Position numbers and translations under genes: made by a program | Notes under the pieces: model-generated | Seen by the model: the letters and a program-made list of their open reading frames with translations, nothing else | What the model was told of the DNA's origin: nothing | Databases searched by the model: none | Source: a virus | Taxonomy: Duplodnaviria; Heunggongvirae; Uroviricota; Caudoviricetes | Direction: 5' to 3' (one strand) | IMG/VR virus record: IMGVR_UViG_3300026549_000047 | Coordinates: 52,158 to 116,157 of that record | DNA length: 64,000 nt | In this document: one piece after another, positions 9,309-18,937 of the stretch | Layout of the letters: every line of letters starts with the position of its first letter | Position numbering within the stretch: the stretch's first letter is position 1

Positions 9309-10357
9309 CGCTCACAATACATTTTTTGGTCAAATCTACTCATGAACGTCATAAAGAAGGAGTCACTAATGTTTGTAATTCCATACTTATCCAAGAACTT
9401 ATGCCAGTCTTGGAGTGAACCTAAGCGACCACAGATAGGGAGATATTCAAGAATCAGTCTTTTGGCTTCCTCAAATCTTGGGTACTTGGCTACGTCATAT
9501 GTACTAAGCTGTTTATCGAAAAGTTCACGATTTTCTACATCCGAGTAATCCCCAGATAAGATATGATCAATGGCTGTATCGTAATTAACTCCATCCTTCT
9601 TTGATGTTCTCATACCATTATGACTATTTCCTAGTGCGTTCTGATATGCACCATACGCATAAAGACTTAATCTTCCTTTCAGGTTGTCGGGAATATTATT
9701 ATAGACTTTATCATAGGTGACAATTTCTGCTTGTTGTCCGTATTTGGGGATCTTGAGTTTATCCATTTTTGGAGTCAAGCAATAATCTATATCAGAGTCG
9801 TTTGTCACTAGGACACTTGGTTTTTCATTTTCACTATACAAGAGCATTGAAGCTAGGTAAGCCAAGTTATCGTATTCCCAACCGGGGACACTAATGGAAG
9901 GTATTCCGAAAGAATTCATATTTCTAACGAATCCCCACTTAGCATCAAACCTTACTTCGTTTTTATAGAGTTTTTCATAAGCTAATTCCAGGTCCTCTTG
10001 AGAGGTATCTGGGTCTGCTTTCATGGCCTCGTATTTATCTCGGGTCATGTATCCTTTTAGGGGATCTCCTTTTCCTTTTTCCCCTTCTATATCACCACGA
10101 TCGTCTTTATAAGCTCCCTCAAGGATTTGTGTGGTGACATATCCTTTATCTCCATCCCATTTATCTAGGAATAGTACATACTTGTCTGCACTTATTCCAT
10201 AGTCTCTGGGAATTTTATTCATCGTGTAAATGCAAGTTCGCATAAGCTCCGCTGCCGTGTATTCTCCAGGTTTTTTATCTTTCGATACACCGAAAAGATT
10301 CTTCTGGAGGATGACTGAGAAGTCTATGATTGCATATGCATATTTAGTACTTAACAT
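9305..10357 (-). CDS. T4 RNase H-like 5'-3' exonuclease / flap endonuclease (PIN/FEN)
   Basis: YAIIDFSVILQ..., YVLFLDKWDGDKGY...RGD and LVTNDSDIDYC parallel the T4 rnh blocks ICLIDFSQIAL / IVLCIDNAKSGYWRR / IISSDGDFTQL. Confidence 0.6.
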   Translation of the reverse strand: MLSTKYAYAIIDFSVILQKNLFGVSKDKKPGEYTAAELMRTCIYTMNKIPRDYGISADKYVLFLDKWDGDKGYVTTQILEGAYKDDRGDIEGEKGKGDPLKGYMTRDKYEAMKADPDTSQEDLELAYEKLYKNEVRFDAKWGFVRNMNSFGIPSISVPGWEYDNLAYLASMLLYSENEKPSVLVTNDSDIDYCLTPKMDKLKIPKYGQQAEIVTYDKVYNNIPDNLKGRLSLYAYGAYQNALGNSHNGMRTSKKDGVNYDTAIDHILSGDYSDVENRELFDKQLSTYDVAKYPRFEEAKRLILEYLPICGRLGSLQDWHKFLDKYGITNISDSFFMTFMSRFDQKMYCER

Positions 10358-10432
10358 GTTCTCCTTTAAAGAATTAATAAAGGTAAGAGAGTGAGTCTCT
10401 AGAGCTCTTGTTCTCTTACCTGAGTTGAATCG

Positions 10433-11746
10433 TTAGAAAGGCAGTCCATTAGCACCACCGCCAAAGCCTCCTGCGAAAGAGGGCTGTGAGAAAGGTGCAC
10501 TCTGGGGCTGAGCAGCCTGCTGTGCCGTACCTGCAACGGGTGCTCCCGTCAAGGGATCAATGTGTGATGCGGCGGGATTCTGGAATGGATTGTCGTTACG
10601 ATCAGCAACGGTCTGACCATTCTGAACTACATTATTGTTGCCGTATCCACCTACACCCTGTGCTGATGGTGCAGCCTGCACATTCATCTGAGCCAAGATA
10701 GGATCATTTGTCTGTGGGGTTGCAGCAGCTTTAGCAGCCTGGTTAGCGAGAGCGGTCTGATTGGTAGCCTGGATAGCTTCCTCAACAGAAGTTCCGTTCT
10801 GCTTAGCCATACGAATCTTAGCCAACTGGTCGGTCATGAATTCAATGGCCTCCTGAATGAGAGACTTATTGAATAGACGACGCTGATCAGCAGGTACAGA
10901 TTCGTCCTCACGATTAGCCTGCCAGCCAAGGAATGTTTCAACTGGATTCTGCATCAACTCCATGTCACTGGGGTCAATACTAATACCGTTCAGGAATGCT
11001 TCTGCTCCGAGTGTGTGACTAACCGAGATATTAAATCCGGGGCCATCGCTCTTGCTAATATTAAGAAGCATGAATCCTTTACGACCTGTCAGTTCGCGGT
11101 TGTACACATCAGCCAGCCATGCATCGTTACCAATGCCAGAGGTGATGTTAGTGTCAGCAATGCTATTACCAACAATCTCAGGGAACGCTTTACTCGTCAT
11201 CACAAACAGAGCATTAAAGTTCTGACGGACAGGAGTACGAGTATCCTGAACTGACCAGAAGTTAGGACAGTTACCGTAGAACACGGTATAGTTCTTACGA
11301 CGGATCAGACTACGAACAGTAGGATCAGTTGCATTGTTCTTGGCATCGAGCTCTGTAAAGAGTTCCTCCCAGACAGCATAAGCCTGACGCAAAAGTGACT
11401 CATCGGAAGCCGTCAATGACGAAACCTCACGACCTGTCGTCTGGTCTTTGATGGTATAGGCCTGCAGAGGCAAGAACTTAATCCAAGCCTGATAATTCTG
11501 CTCCTGACCATCGGCCGTTACATTACGACGAGGCATGCTAATCTCACGTGTATTAGCCAGACTCACATAAGGGAATCCACTAATTACGGAAGGGATTGGC
11601 AGAATCTGATAACGACCCATGTTAGTTGGGGCCGACAGATATACACGCTCAATCATTCTCTTTTTCTCGAAATTGCGCTTCTTATTAGAAGGGCTCAAAC
11701 TCTGTAATTTCTCCAAAAAGCTGTCTACATTACTAAACTGATTCAT
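10433..11746 (-). CDS. ssDNA-binding protein, T4 gp32-like (tentative)
   Basis: QNYQAWIKFLPLQ resembles gp32 GNGQAVIRFLPSK. Long Gln/Ala/Gly-rich C-terminal tail ends ...GGANGLPF, reminiscent of SSB C-terminal tips. It sits beside the replication genes. Confidence 0.45.
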   Translation of the reverse strand: MNQFSNVDSFLEKLQSLSPSNKKRNFEKKRMIERVYLSAPTNMGRYQILPIPSVISGFPYVSLANTREISMPRRNVTADGQEQNYQAWIKFLPLQAYTIKDQTTGREVSSLTASDESLLRQAYAVWEELFTELDAKNNATDPTVRSLIRRKNYTVFYGNCPNFWSVQDTRTPVRQNFNALFVMTSKAFPEIVGNSIADTNITSGIGNDAWLADVYNRELTGRKGFMLLNISKSDGPGFNISVSHTLGAEAFLNGISIDPSDMELMQNPVETFLGWQANREDESVPADQRRLFNKSLIQEAIEFMTDQLAKIRMAKQNGTSVEEAIQATNQTALANQAAKAAATPQTNDPILAQMNVQAAPSAQGVGGYGNNNVVQNGQTVADRNDNPFQNPAASHIDPLTGAPVAGTAQQAAQPQSAPFSQPSFAGGFGGGANGLPF

Positions 11747-11950
11747 AAAAAATTGTTTGTTTTAAAATAAAGATAATTTTATTAAATAAATAATTCTTCT
11801 ATGAGGAGGCTCTTCACTTAATGTCCTCCTCGTGTATAAGAATTTCACTTTCCGTTGGAGCGCGTTTTTTACGTTTCAGAGAACCAGAAAACCCTATACG
11901 TGATATAAAGGGAACCGGGCGACCCAAAGAGCCCGGATAAGTATAATAAT

Positions 11951-14593
11951 ATGAGAAGAATAGTAATTATTGATCAAATTGAAACACCAAATTATTTAGC
12001 GTATTTTGGATGTGGACTAGGAAACGAGATCTATACTGTTCAGTATCTTCAGGAACTTGAAGAAGATAAACTAAAACAGGTACTAGCTCTCGGACCCGGA
12101 GATGCTGCCATGCTTGTTGGAGCAGAGCCTTTCCGGTATCTCAGACAGTTTTATCATTTCGGAATTCGTGGTGAGAACTACTTTGATTGTGCTAAACTTC
12201 ATCGTTTAAGTATAGAGGGTGGAGCGTACGTTAAAGAGATTATCGACTTTCCAGATCAGAAAACTATTGATGAATTCCTGTCCCCAGAGTTTACACGGAA
12301 AATTGATTTTCCAGGATTTAAGTATAAAGTCATTCATGACTGGGAGGGAGCACTTCGATTCTTAGATTGGTGTGATTCACTTCCCCTAGATACGGACTTT
12401 GGATTTGACTATGAGGCATCTGGTATGCCTATGGAGAAGGTCTTTGCTGTGTCGGGGTATGCTATTTCTACTGAGAAGTATGCGGGGTTTGTTAGCTTGA
12501 CAGACATACGGCATCAAGTGGGAGAAGATAGTAAGGAGTATCGAGAAGTTTTGGATAGAACAGCTAAACTTCTAGTCAAAAGACAAAAACATATGTGGAC
12601 CTATAACCTTCAGTATGAGTATCAGGTAAGTCATAGACTTTTAGGAGTTGATCTATACGATTTATGTGATGCATCTGTGGTTAATGTCCTTGATGGAAAT
12701 CACGAGAAGCACTTCTCTCTCAAATTTACTGCCCAGTTTGTCTTGGGAGTTGATGTTTGGGATTCTGATTTCGATCGTCTTAGTGAACTTATCGAGCACA
12801 TGATTTTGGAGGAGGTTGGTAAACTTAAGAGAGATAAACATTTCGTCGTTAAGATTACTCCCGATACCTTTGAGAATACTCCCGAGTGGGAAGAGATTTG
12901 TGCTAGATATCCTGAATATGTAGATGAATTTAGAGCATTGATTCTTGAGTATTGGGGCAATCAGTTTATGCCTATCCCAAGTGAGATTCTCGGTAAATAC
13001 TGTTGTCTTGACTCTTTCTATACCCTGATGATCTACCTTAAGAAGAAGCCAGAGTATACACAAGAAGCTTTCGAAGTATTTATGGATAACCTTCGACTGG
13101 GTGCTCGTTTGATGAGCCATGGTCATTATATTGATGAGAATTATCGCTTGAAATATGATAAGTATTGTCGACAAATGATGGCTTGGTCGATTACATGGAA
13201 TACGAGAGCTCTTTGTTGGTTGAAGATGGAGAAGCATAAAGCTAAGGCTACAAATATAAAGAGATATAAAGACATTGCCATTAAGCTCCTAGAGGAAGGT
13301 AATTTCTTCCAGGGCAATTCCGTTGAGATTGTTAAGTACCTTTTAAGTACTAATATCGATACTATGGACACCACTGAAACCGGCTTAAATGAAGGTCAGA
13401 TTAAGATGAAGTATGGTGAGAAATTCGCCGATCAATTCGTTCAGCTGGTCAAAGATGCTATGGTTGAGGTGAAAATGAAAGGCAAGATTGATGAAGGAAT
13501 TGTCAGGAAGAAAAAGATTCTTGGAGTTTTAGCGGAAAATGCTAAACACTTGTTAGGTCTAGATCAACTTAAGTACGATGACAATGGAAAGATCAATTCC
13601 AAGCACATTGAGCTTGAGAAGTATATGTACTACAAAAAAGTTTATGAAGAGCTTGAGAGAATAAATAATAGACAGCTTAAGGATGTTAATAATATCCCTG
13701 ACACTATCTATATCTTTGGACAGAAGATGGAAATCTTAGAGTATGCAAACTACTTGCAAGATAATTATTTCCAGTGTCTTAGCCCAGAGAAAAACGATAA
13801 AATTGTCTATGATATGATGATGAATCAACAGCTTCCCGGTCTTCGTGCTAAGACAGCCTTCTTAGGTGCCATTCTTGAAAGTACCCAGCAGCTACCAGAA
13901 ACAGATAAGTTTTATAGTAGCAGAAACATAACTGACATTAATGTTGGTTTTGCCGAGATGATGAAGGAGTGGGAGACCTACTGGAAGAACGTAGATAGCG
14001 ACGGCATGATCCATTGGCATAGTTCTTTATATCCAGACAAGGTGTTTAACATCGCTATGGAACTATATCGTAGTCCTAAAACAAGTTCAAAAGTTTCAAC
14101 AAAGGGCGTTAAAGCGACTCTTTATGAAGTAGTTGACAAGGTAAAAGATATATGGACTGATTTTGCTGGATTTAATTGCCAGACACAGTTCTTCCCCGAA
14201 TATGCAAAGGATTATGAGAACTATGAGAGTCCATTTGATCCGATTCTGGACTTGAGTGATGAATTCTACTTCATGAGAAAGTTCACTATAAACTATCTAG
14301 TTTTCAAAAAGCATGCTAAGATGTTGTCAGTGTATGCTGGAGAAGACGGTATGTTTAATAAGAGGGCTAAGTATGTAATCGAAGATGAACACCACATTCC
14401 GATTCGAGATGCGGATCCTGATGAGCCAGGAGCAGTGAAGAAAAACTTTACTCCATACGAAGTGCTTATGAAGTCATCAAAGCGCTGGAGCTCAAGCTTC
14501 CACACGATTATCAGTCATGGAGATATAAAGAACTGTCTTGTACCTGCCCCAAGCTGGGATGAAAATGGAGACATCGTATATGGAGGCGCTGAT
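11951..14593 (+). CDS. DNA polymerase, family A: exon 1 (3'-5' exo domain to motif A ...GDIVYGGAD)
   Basis: The 895 aa ORF has an Exo I-like DFGFDYEASG block. It ends ...CLVPAPSWDENGDIVYGGAD(Q), aligning to the Pol I AF.AP....L.SADYSQIELR block just before motif A. The track's tail LLTYFDINKTSVT is predicted intron read-through. Confidence 0.75.
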
Positions 14594-16163
14594 CAGTTAC
14601 TGACATATTTTGACATTAATAAAACTAGTGTCACGTAGAAGTGATTCTATGTTAAAACAAACTTACTATATGCTGGAAAGACTTGTTAGGTCTCTGGTAC
14701 TAGTCGATTTAGTCACGACAGTAATAATCCAGAGAATAGAGTTAATCAGCAGGTTTAAGAAAAAGAAGAAATTAAAATAATATTAATTACGAAGAAATAT
14801 ATTATGGGAGCACTAGAGGATTTTGAAAAATTTTTGAAGGAGTCTGATATTAAGTCTCGTATAGACCTAAGTAAAAGATTTCCTTCAGTATATGATAGAT
14901 TCCTATTACTAGACGAGGAGTTTAAAGATAAGCTCTTACCATCTTTGGTAGTGCCAATAATATTGAGTGGCATAGATGAGTACAGTAATTTTATAAAAGA
15001 TCATAATATTACTACTAGAACCCAATTTTATAAAAGTTTTCCCAATGTATATAAAAGATTCATTAAAGACTTTAGTAAAGAAGACCAAGATAGGCTTCTT
15101 CCTAAACTAAAGAATACTTATGGTGATGAATCAGGTACTTATAGTTATTTGGAAAAATTTATTGAGGAAAATGATATAAAAAGTAGAACAGAATTTAGTA
15201 GTAGATGTGATGCACTTTATAAAAAATTCTTAAAATTACCAAAAAATGAACAAGAAGAACTGCTTTCTCAAAGCAAGTTTTCTGGAATAAAAGATTTTGA
15301 GAGTTTTAGTCAGTTTATAATAGATAATAACATTATTTCCAGGAAAGATTTTGATAAAAGATTTTCTAGATTGTATATGAAATTTTTAGAGATATTTTCA
15401 CCGGAGGAACAAGAAAGTTTACTACCTTCAAGTAGAGAAGATTTGTCTAGTCTTGTTGATTATTCTGGATTTTCTGATTTTATAAATAAAAATAATATAT
15501 TATCTAGGCGGGATTTTCAAAACAAATCAACTGCTGGATATCATAGGTTTAAGACCATGCTTAGTGAAGAAGAGCAAGATCTATTACTACCTATTTGTCA
15601 TTCGTCCGTTGGAGAATTATTTCTTATGGATTTATTCAATAAAAATGGATTTAAATTTTGTATACAAAAAGTATTTCAAGACTTATTCGGAAAAGGTAGT
15701 AGACCATTAAGGTATGATTTTTATTTACCGGAGTATAATATTTTGGTTGAATATCACGGTCGTCAACATTTTGATCTGGATGATAATTTTTACAATGAAG
15801 ATGCTATACTCAGGGATAAGGTGAAATTTGAATATGCAAAATTAAATAACATCTCTATACTCTATTTTACAAATGAGGTAGAGGTATATAATAAGTTTGG
15901 ATATTTCACCGAGGTTATAACTGATAGTGATATCCTTATAGAGAAAATAAAAGAGATTGGTCTGACTAACCAATTGAATTCTTAAACCCCAACGACTATC
16001 CCAATAGTGGGAGTACACTTGAAATCGTTAAGTGGAAACGGTAAGAATCTCATCTCTGAGATTAAGATATAGTCTGATCTGTATGGAGACATACAGGAGT
16101 TCGTCTTAGTTTAGATTAAGTGAGAACCGGGAGAAGTAACGTACCTCTTGAACACAAATGTAG
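14594..16163 (+). mobile_element. group I intron 1 of DNA polymerase gene (about 1.57 kb), carries a homing-endonuclease ORF
   Basis: Interrupts motif A. The ORF 14804..15985 overlaps the P3-P6 region. R element CCAACGACTATCCC at 15989-16002 and S element AAGATATAGTCTGA at 16065-16078. Downstream exon resumes ...SSAEVKAAGYASGD. Exact splice sites ambiguous: 5' at 14593 or 14598, 3' at 16158-16163. Confidence 0.6.
14804..15985 (+). CDS. intron-encoded homing endonuclease candidate: five tandem ~50-aa helical repeats + C-terminal DUF559/Vsr-like PD-(D/E)xK nuclease domain
   Basis: Five repeats of the pattern DIKSR.DFSKRF...Y.KFL....EEQ..LLPS. C-terminus RYDFYLPEYNILVEYHGRQHFDLDD...RDK matches the DUF559 (E.DG..H...D..RD) restriction-endonuclease-like motif. 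Confidence 0.65.
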   Translation: MGALEDFEKFLKESDIKSRIDLSKRFPSVYDRFLLLDEEFKDKLLPSLVVPIILSGIDEYSNFIKDHNITTRTQFYKSFPNVYKRFIKDFSKEDQDRLLPKLKNTYGDESGTYSYLEKFIEENDIKSRTEFSSRCDALYKKFLKLPKNEQEELLSQSKFSGIKDFESFSQFIIDNNIISRKDFDKRFSRLYMKFLEIFSPEEQESLLPSSREDLSSLVDYSGFSDFINKNNILSRRDFQNKSTAGYHRFKTMLSEEEQDLLLPICHSSVGELFLMDLFNKNGFKFCIQKVFQDLFGKGSRPLRYDFYLPEYNILVEYHGRQHFDLDDNFYNEDAILRDKVKFEYAKLNNISILYFTNEVEVYNKFGYFTEVITDSDILIEKIKEIGLTNQLNS

Positions 16164-16337
16164 TAGTGCGGAAGTAAAGGCAGCTGGGTATGCAAGTGGA
16201 GATCCTGACTTAATTTCGCGCTTCAATGATGGAACTGATATTTACATATACAGTGCAAAACTCTACCTTGGTGATGAAGGATGGGGGAAGTTAACTAAAA
16301 AACAACAAAAAACCTGGCGCAAACGTTTCAAGACCAT
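16164..16337 (+). CDS. DNA polymerase family A: exon 2 (motif A remainder to first half of motif B)
   Basis: Translation ...SSAEVKAAGYASGDPDLISRFNDGTDIYIYSAKLYLGDEGWGKLTKKQQKTWRKRFKTI aligns with Taq/E. coli Pol I YSQIELRxxAHLSGDENLIxxFxxGxDIHxxTAxxxFG...RRxAKxINF. Confidence 0.6.
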
Positions 16338-16622
16338 ATGTTGATGTGGCATAGTTAAGTAATTAACTAGTGAAAAGGTTGTGAACTCGTAAATACGAGG
16401 TGTGCTAAAAAAATAGTGCTAACGGTGGAAAGCTAAGTTCCTAAAAAATTAGGAATATGCCAATACCGTGCTAAGCTTGGAGTTAATCCGAGAAAGTGTA
16501 ACGACTATCCCTTCATGGGAGTAGGTTTAGGGTGAAATTCCCTATTCCGAAGTGCAACCTATCCGCAATAGTACGGATAATGATATAGTCTAATCCCAGA
16601 AAGAAATGATGGGTAGTAAATG
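16338..16622 (+). mobile_element. group I intron 2 of DNA polymerase gene (285 nt, ORF-less)
   Basis: Splits motif B: exon 2 ...RKRFKTI | FLGVLYG exon 3. Intron follows a U at 16337 and ends with G at 16622. Length 285 is divisible by 3, consistent with both exons sharing a genomic frame. R GTAACGACTATCCC (16503-16516), S GATATAGTCTAAT (16589-16601), then a P9 hairpin ATCCCAgaaagaaatgaTGGGTA. Confidence 0.7.
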
Positions 16623-17025
16623 ATTCTTGGGCGTTTTATATGGCCTAGGTAAGCAAAGCCTTGCGGAAAGACTTGATGCTTCTGTTGAAGAGGCAGAGGA
16701 TATTATACAAGGTCTTTATAAATCTTTCCCACAGCTCAGACATTACGTGGATTCACAGGGACAATATCCTCTAGATCACGATGGATATATTAGAACAATG
16801 TTAGGAGATAAACTTAGACTGAGAGAGTACTATGATTATCTTCCTAAAGCAAAAAATGATAGAGAAAAGAATAACTTAATTGCTCGTATTAAACGACTTG
16901 GTGTGAATCTTCCTATACAAGGAGGTACAAGCACTATAATGGCTCATGGATTTGATAATAATATTCGTGTGTCTATTAAGGAGGGATGGAGTCAGCCGTT
17001 ACAGCCAATTATAACGGTTCATGAT
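16623..17025 (+). CDS. DNA polymerase family A: exon 3 (motif B GVLYG ... PIQGG ... motif C VHD)
   Basis: FLGVLYGLGKQSLAERLDASVEEAEDIIQGLYKSFPQLRHYV...NLPIQGGTSTIMAHG...IITVHD matches Pol I NFGVLYG...FP....Y...A.N.PIQG.AAD....HDE. The ORF track starts at an internal TTG. Confidence 0.7.
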
Positions 17026-17152
17026 CAGATTAGGTCATGTAATTAAGAAGAATTGCTGGAATCTTAATAAGAAATCAGCAAACATAATTAATGTTTCAAT
17101 GACTGTGTATTTTAGCAAGAAGATACAGTCTGCCCTCAAGTTGAGGCTTGAG
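17026..17152 (+). mobile_element. group I mini-intron 3 of DNA polymerase gene (about 127 nt), inserted in motif C between HD and E
   Basis: Exon 3' end CAUGAU pairs perfectly with intron IGS GUCAUG (17033-17038), including the U.G at the splice site. P element AAUUGCUGGAAUC (17050-62), Q AAAUCAGCAAAC (17075-86). R UUCAAUGACUGUGUAU (17094-109) pairs with S AAGAUACAGUCUG (17122-134), a P7 covariation GACUGU/ACAGUC. P9 hairpin CCUCAAguUGAGG. Intron ends at G17152, so the spliced reading is ...ITVHD|ENTSNTNLIPVEH, restoring HDE and a LVFEVH-like strand. Confidence 0.7.
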
Positions 17153-17551
17153 GAAAATACGTCTAATACAAATCTCATCCCTGTTGAGCATATTTTTGAT
17201 ATACTTGCTTTCTATCAGAAGAATTATACGGATTATTGTGCTCAATGTGGACCTAAAATTCGTCTACTATTTGACTTGCTTGTAGGATTTGGTTATGAAT
17301 CAGCATGTCCTCTTAAGCAGATAGATGAAAATACGATAGAATTTTCAGGTCCTGCATCTAATATAATCTTAATTTACGATAAAATCATGAAGTGTAAGCA
17401 CATAAAGGTTGAGTGTAATAAGACTAGAGAAGAGATTATGGATTCTAGAAAGATGATCACTGATCCATATTATAGAACTATTCTCGAAAGTGGATGTTCT
17501 ATAGAAAAGGATACTTCTGATATCAAGGTTCAGTTCCATAAATTAAGCTAA
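17153..17551 (+). CDS. DNA polymerase family A: exon 4 (C-terminal ~130 aa after motif C)
   Basis: ENTSNTNLIPVEHIFDILAFYQKNY...KIRLLFDLLVGFGYESA aligns with Pol I ELVFEVHKDDVDAVAKQIHQLMEN...LDVPLLVEVGSGENW, with matching spacing. The ORF track's 17021..17551 has a spurious N-terminus made of intron sequence. Confidence 0.65.
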   Translation, partial: ENTSNTNLIPVEHIFDILAFYQKNYTDYCAQCGPKIRLLFDLLVGFGYESACPLKQIDENTIEFSGPASNIILIYDKIMKCKHIKVECNKTREEIMDSRKMITDPYYRTILESGCSIEKDTSDIKVQFHKLS

Positions 17552-17552
17552 A

Positions 17553-17612
17553 TTTATAGTCTCTGTTGTAATAGTTAAAATTACTATTATATGGAGACTA
17601 TTATTTTTTAAA
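17553..17612 (+). terminator. hairpin terminator candidate after DNA polymerase gene
   Basis: 8-bp stem TATAGTCTC...GAGACTATA with an internal GTAATagttaaaATTAC hairpin, followed by TTATTTTTTAAATATTT. Confidence 0.35.
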
Positions 17613-17623
17613 TATTTAAAATT

Positions 17624-18886
17624 ATGTTATATTTAGACTGTTGGAAATCTATGAAATATTATCGAAAAGATCAAGGAATGTTAGAAGATATTTCAGAAGT
17701 AGAGATATCTATTTCTGGAAAATTTAGAATAAAAAGAAGTAAACGAGATATTTCTGTCTATGATATTGGTCAAGGATATCCGGGCATTCTTTTGATCCGA
17801 GATGGTAGAGTTTCTAGATATCGTGCTCATGTAGCTATGATATCCTCTTTCGGTAGTTATGATTTTTCTAAATCGGGTTTAGTTGTAGATCATATAAATC
17901 GAAATATATGTGACTATAGATTATGTAATCTTCGATTAGTTACTGTCACTGAAAATAATAAGAATAGAGTTGTATTTAGAAAGAGCAGAGCATATATACT
18001 AGTTAATAGTAATGGGGATATAATAAAATCTGCTACTTTTCCAAACGAAGGGTCGAAGTTATATACCACTTTAAATAGGTTTAGGGAGAATAGGAAAGAT
18101 TATCTAGTAATCTCTTTATCAGAAGACTGTTTTTCGAAAATAAAAAATGTGAATAATATAAGCTATTTATTAAATCAAACTTGGAAAAAAGTAGGAACAA
18201 GCAATTTATACGTTGGGGAGAATGGTCTTCTGAAAATGAGTACGAACTTTGGACTCTATTTATCTTTCGGATCTATAAATAAAAATGGTTATTATGTGTT
18301 CAATAATAGGACTGCCAGGAAAGACAATTCTCAGTACGTTCACATACTAGTAGCTAAATATTTCCTTAATAGCGGTCAACCAATCGATAGTAAAAAGTTC
18401 TCCGTAGACCATATAGATACTAATAAAGAGAATAATAATTACCATAATCTTAGAATAGTATCATTAAAGGATAATATTAATAATCAGAATACTAAGATAA
18501 AACAAGAAAGATCTATTTCTATTAATTATCTAGGAGAAATTTATAAAATTCGAAGTGTTTTGGAGTTCTCAAAAATGACAGGACATAGTAGATCATCCAT
18601 AATGAAATGGATTTCAGATGGGATTAATATGAGAGGTCCTGCTGAAATTTTAGAAATTAAATACATTAGTAAAGAAGAAAAGTATGATGCGTTTAATAAT
18701 AATGAATTTATAGATGATATAAATTTTTTAAAATTTACTAGTATGGAAGATCTGAAAAGTATTAGATCTATAAACGAATTTATTAAAGAAAACAAGATAC
18801 GTGATATGTCTTTATTAAAAATTCAACTCCTGAATCAAATAAAGGATCTCGGTCTGTTAGATAGTATAAAATTATATTCCGAATAA
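17624..18886 (+). CDS. free-standing HNH homing endonuclease with two HNH-like motifs
   Basis: GYPGILLIRDGRVSRYRAHVAMISSF...VVDHINRNICDYRLCNLRLVTVTENNKN is a classic phage HNH pattern. A second motif is FSVDHIDTNKENNNYHNLRIVSLKDN. HTH-like MTGHSRSSIMKWI. Located immediately downstream of the intron-rich polymerase gene. The real start may be the Met near 17678. Confidence 0.7.
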   Translation: MLYLDCWKSMKYYRKDQGMLEDISEVEISISGKFRIKRSKRDISVYDIGQGYPGILLIRDGRVSRYRAHVAMISSFGSYDFSKSGLVVDHINRNICDYRLCNLRLVTVTENNKNRVVFRKSRAYILVNSNGDIIKSATFPNEGSKLYTTLNRFRENRKDYLVISLSEDCFSKIKNVNNISYLLNQTWKKVGTSNLYVGENGLLKMSTNFGLYLSFGSINKNGYYVFNNRTARKDNSQYVHILVAKYFLNSGQPIDSKKFSVDHIDTNKENNNYHNLRIVSLKDNINNQNTKIKQERSISINYLGEIYKIRSVLEFSKMTGHSRSSIMKWISDGINMRGPAEILEIKYISKEEKYDAFNNNEFIDDINFLKFTSMEDLKSIRSINEFIKENKIRDMSLLKIQLLNQIKDLGLLDSIKLYSE

Positions 18887-18904
18887 AAAAAATTAGAGAA
18901 AGGG

Positions 18905-18937
18905 ACTTCGTGTCCCAATCTCTTTTTATTTAATCCC
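18905..18937. terminator. bidirectional rho-independent terminator
   Basis: GGGACttcgtGTCCC hairpin followed by AATCTCTTTTTATTT on the plus strand, with an A-run preceding it for the convergent minus-strand gene. Confidence 0.5.

Noticed and set aside
12662-13374. Minus-strand ORFs within the DNA polymerase exon 1 (12662..13237, 12700..12960, 13141..13374) and within the Mre11-Rad50 gene (6104..8130 plus-strand ORFs).
   Set aside because: Embedded in long conserved genes on the opposite strand; AT-rich antisense frames are often open by chance.
17553-17612. ATAGTCTC...GAGACTAT palindrome, considered as a fourth intron core after the polymerase gene.
   Set aside because: The S-like half precedes the R-like half, no P/Q elements, the polymerase alignment is already complete at 17551, and a T-run follows; a terminator hairpin is the better reading.
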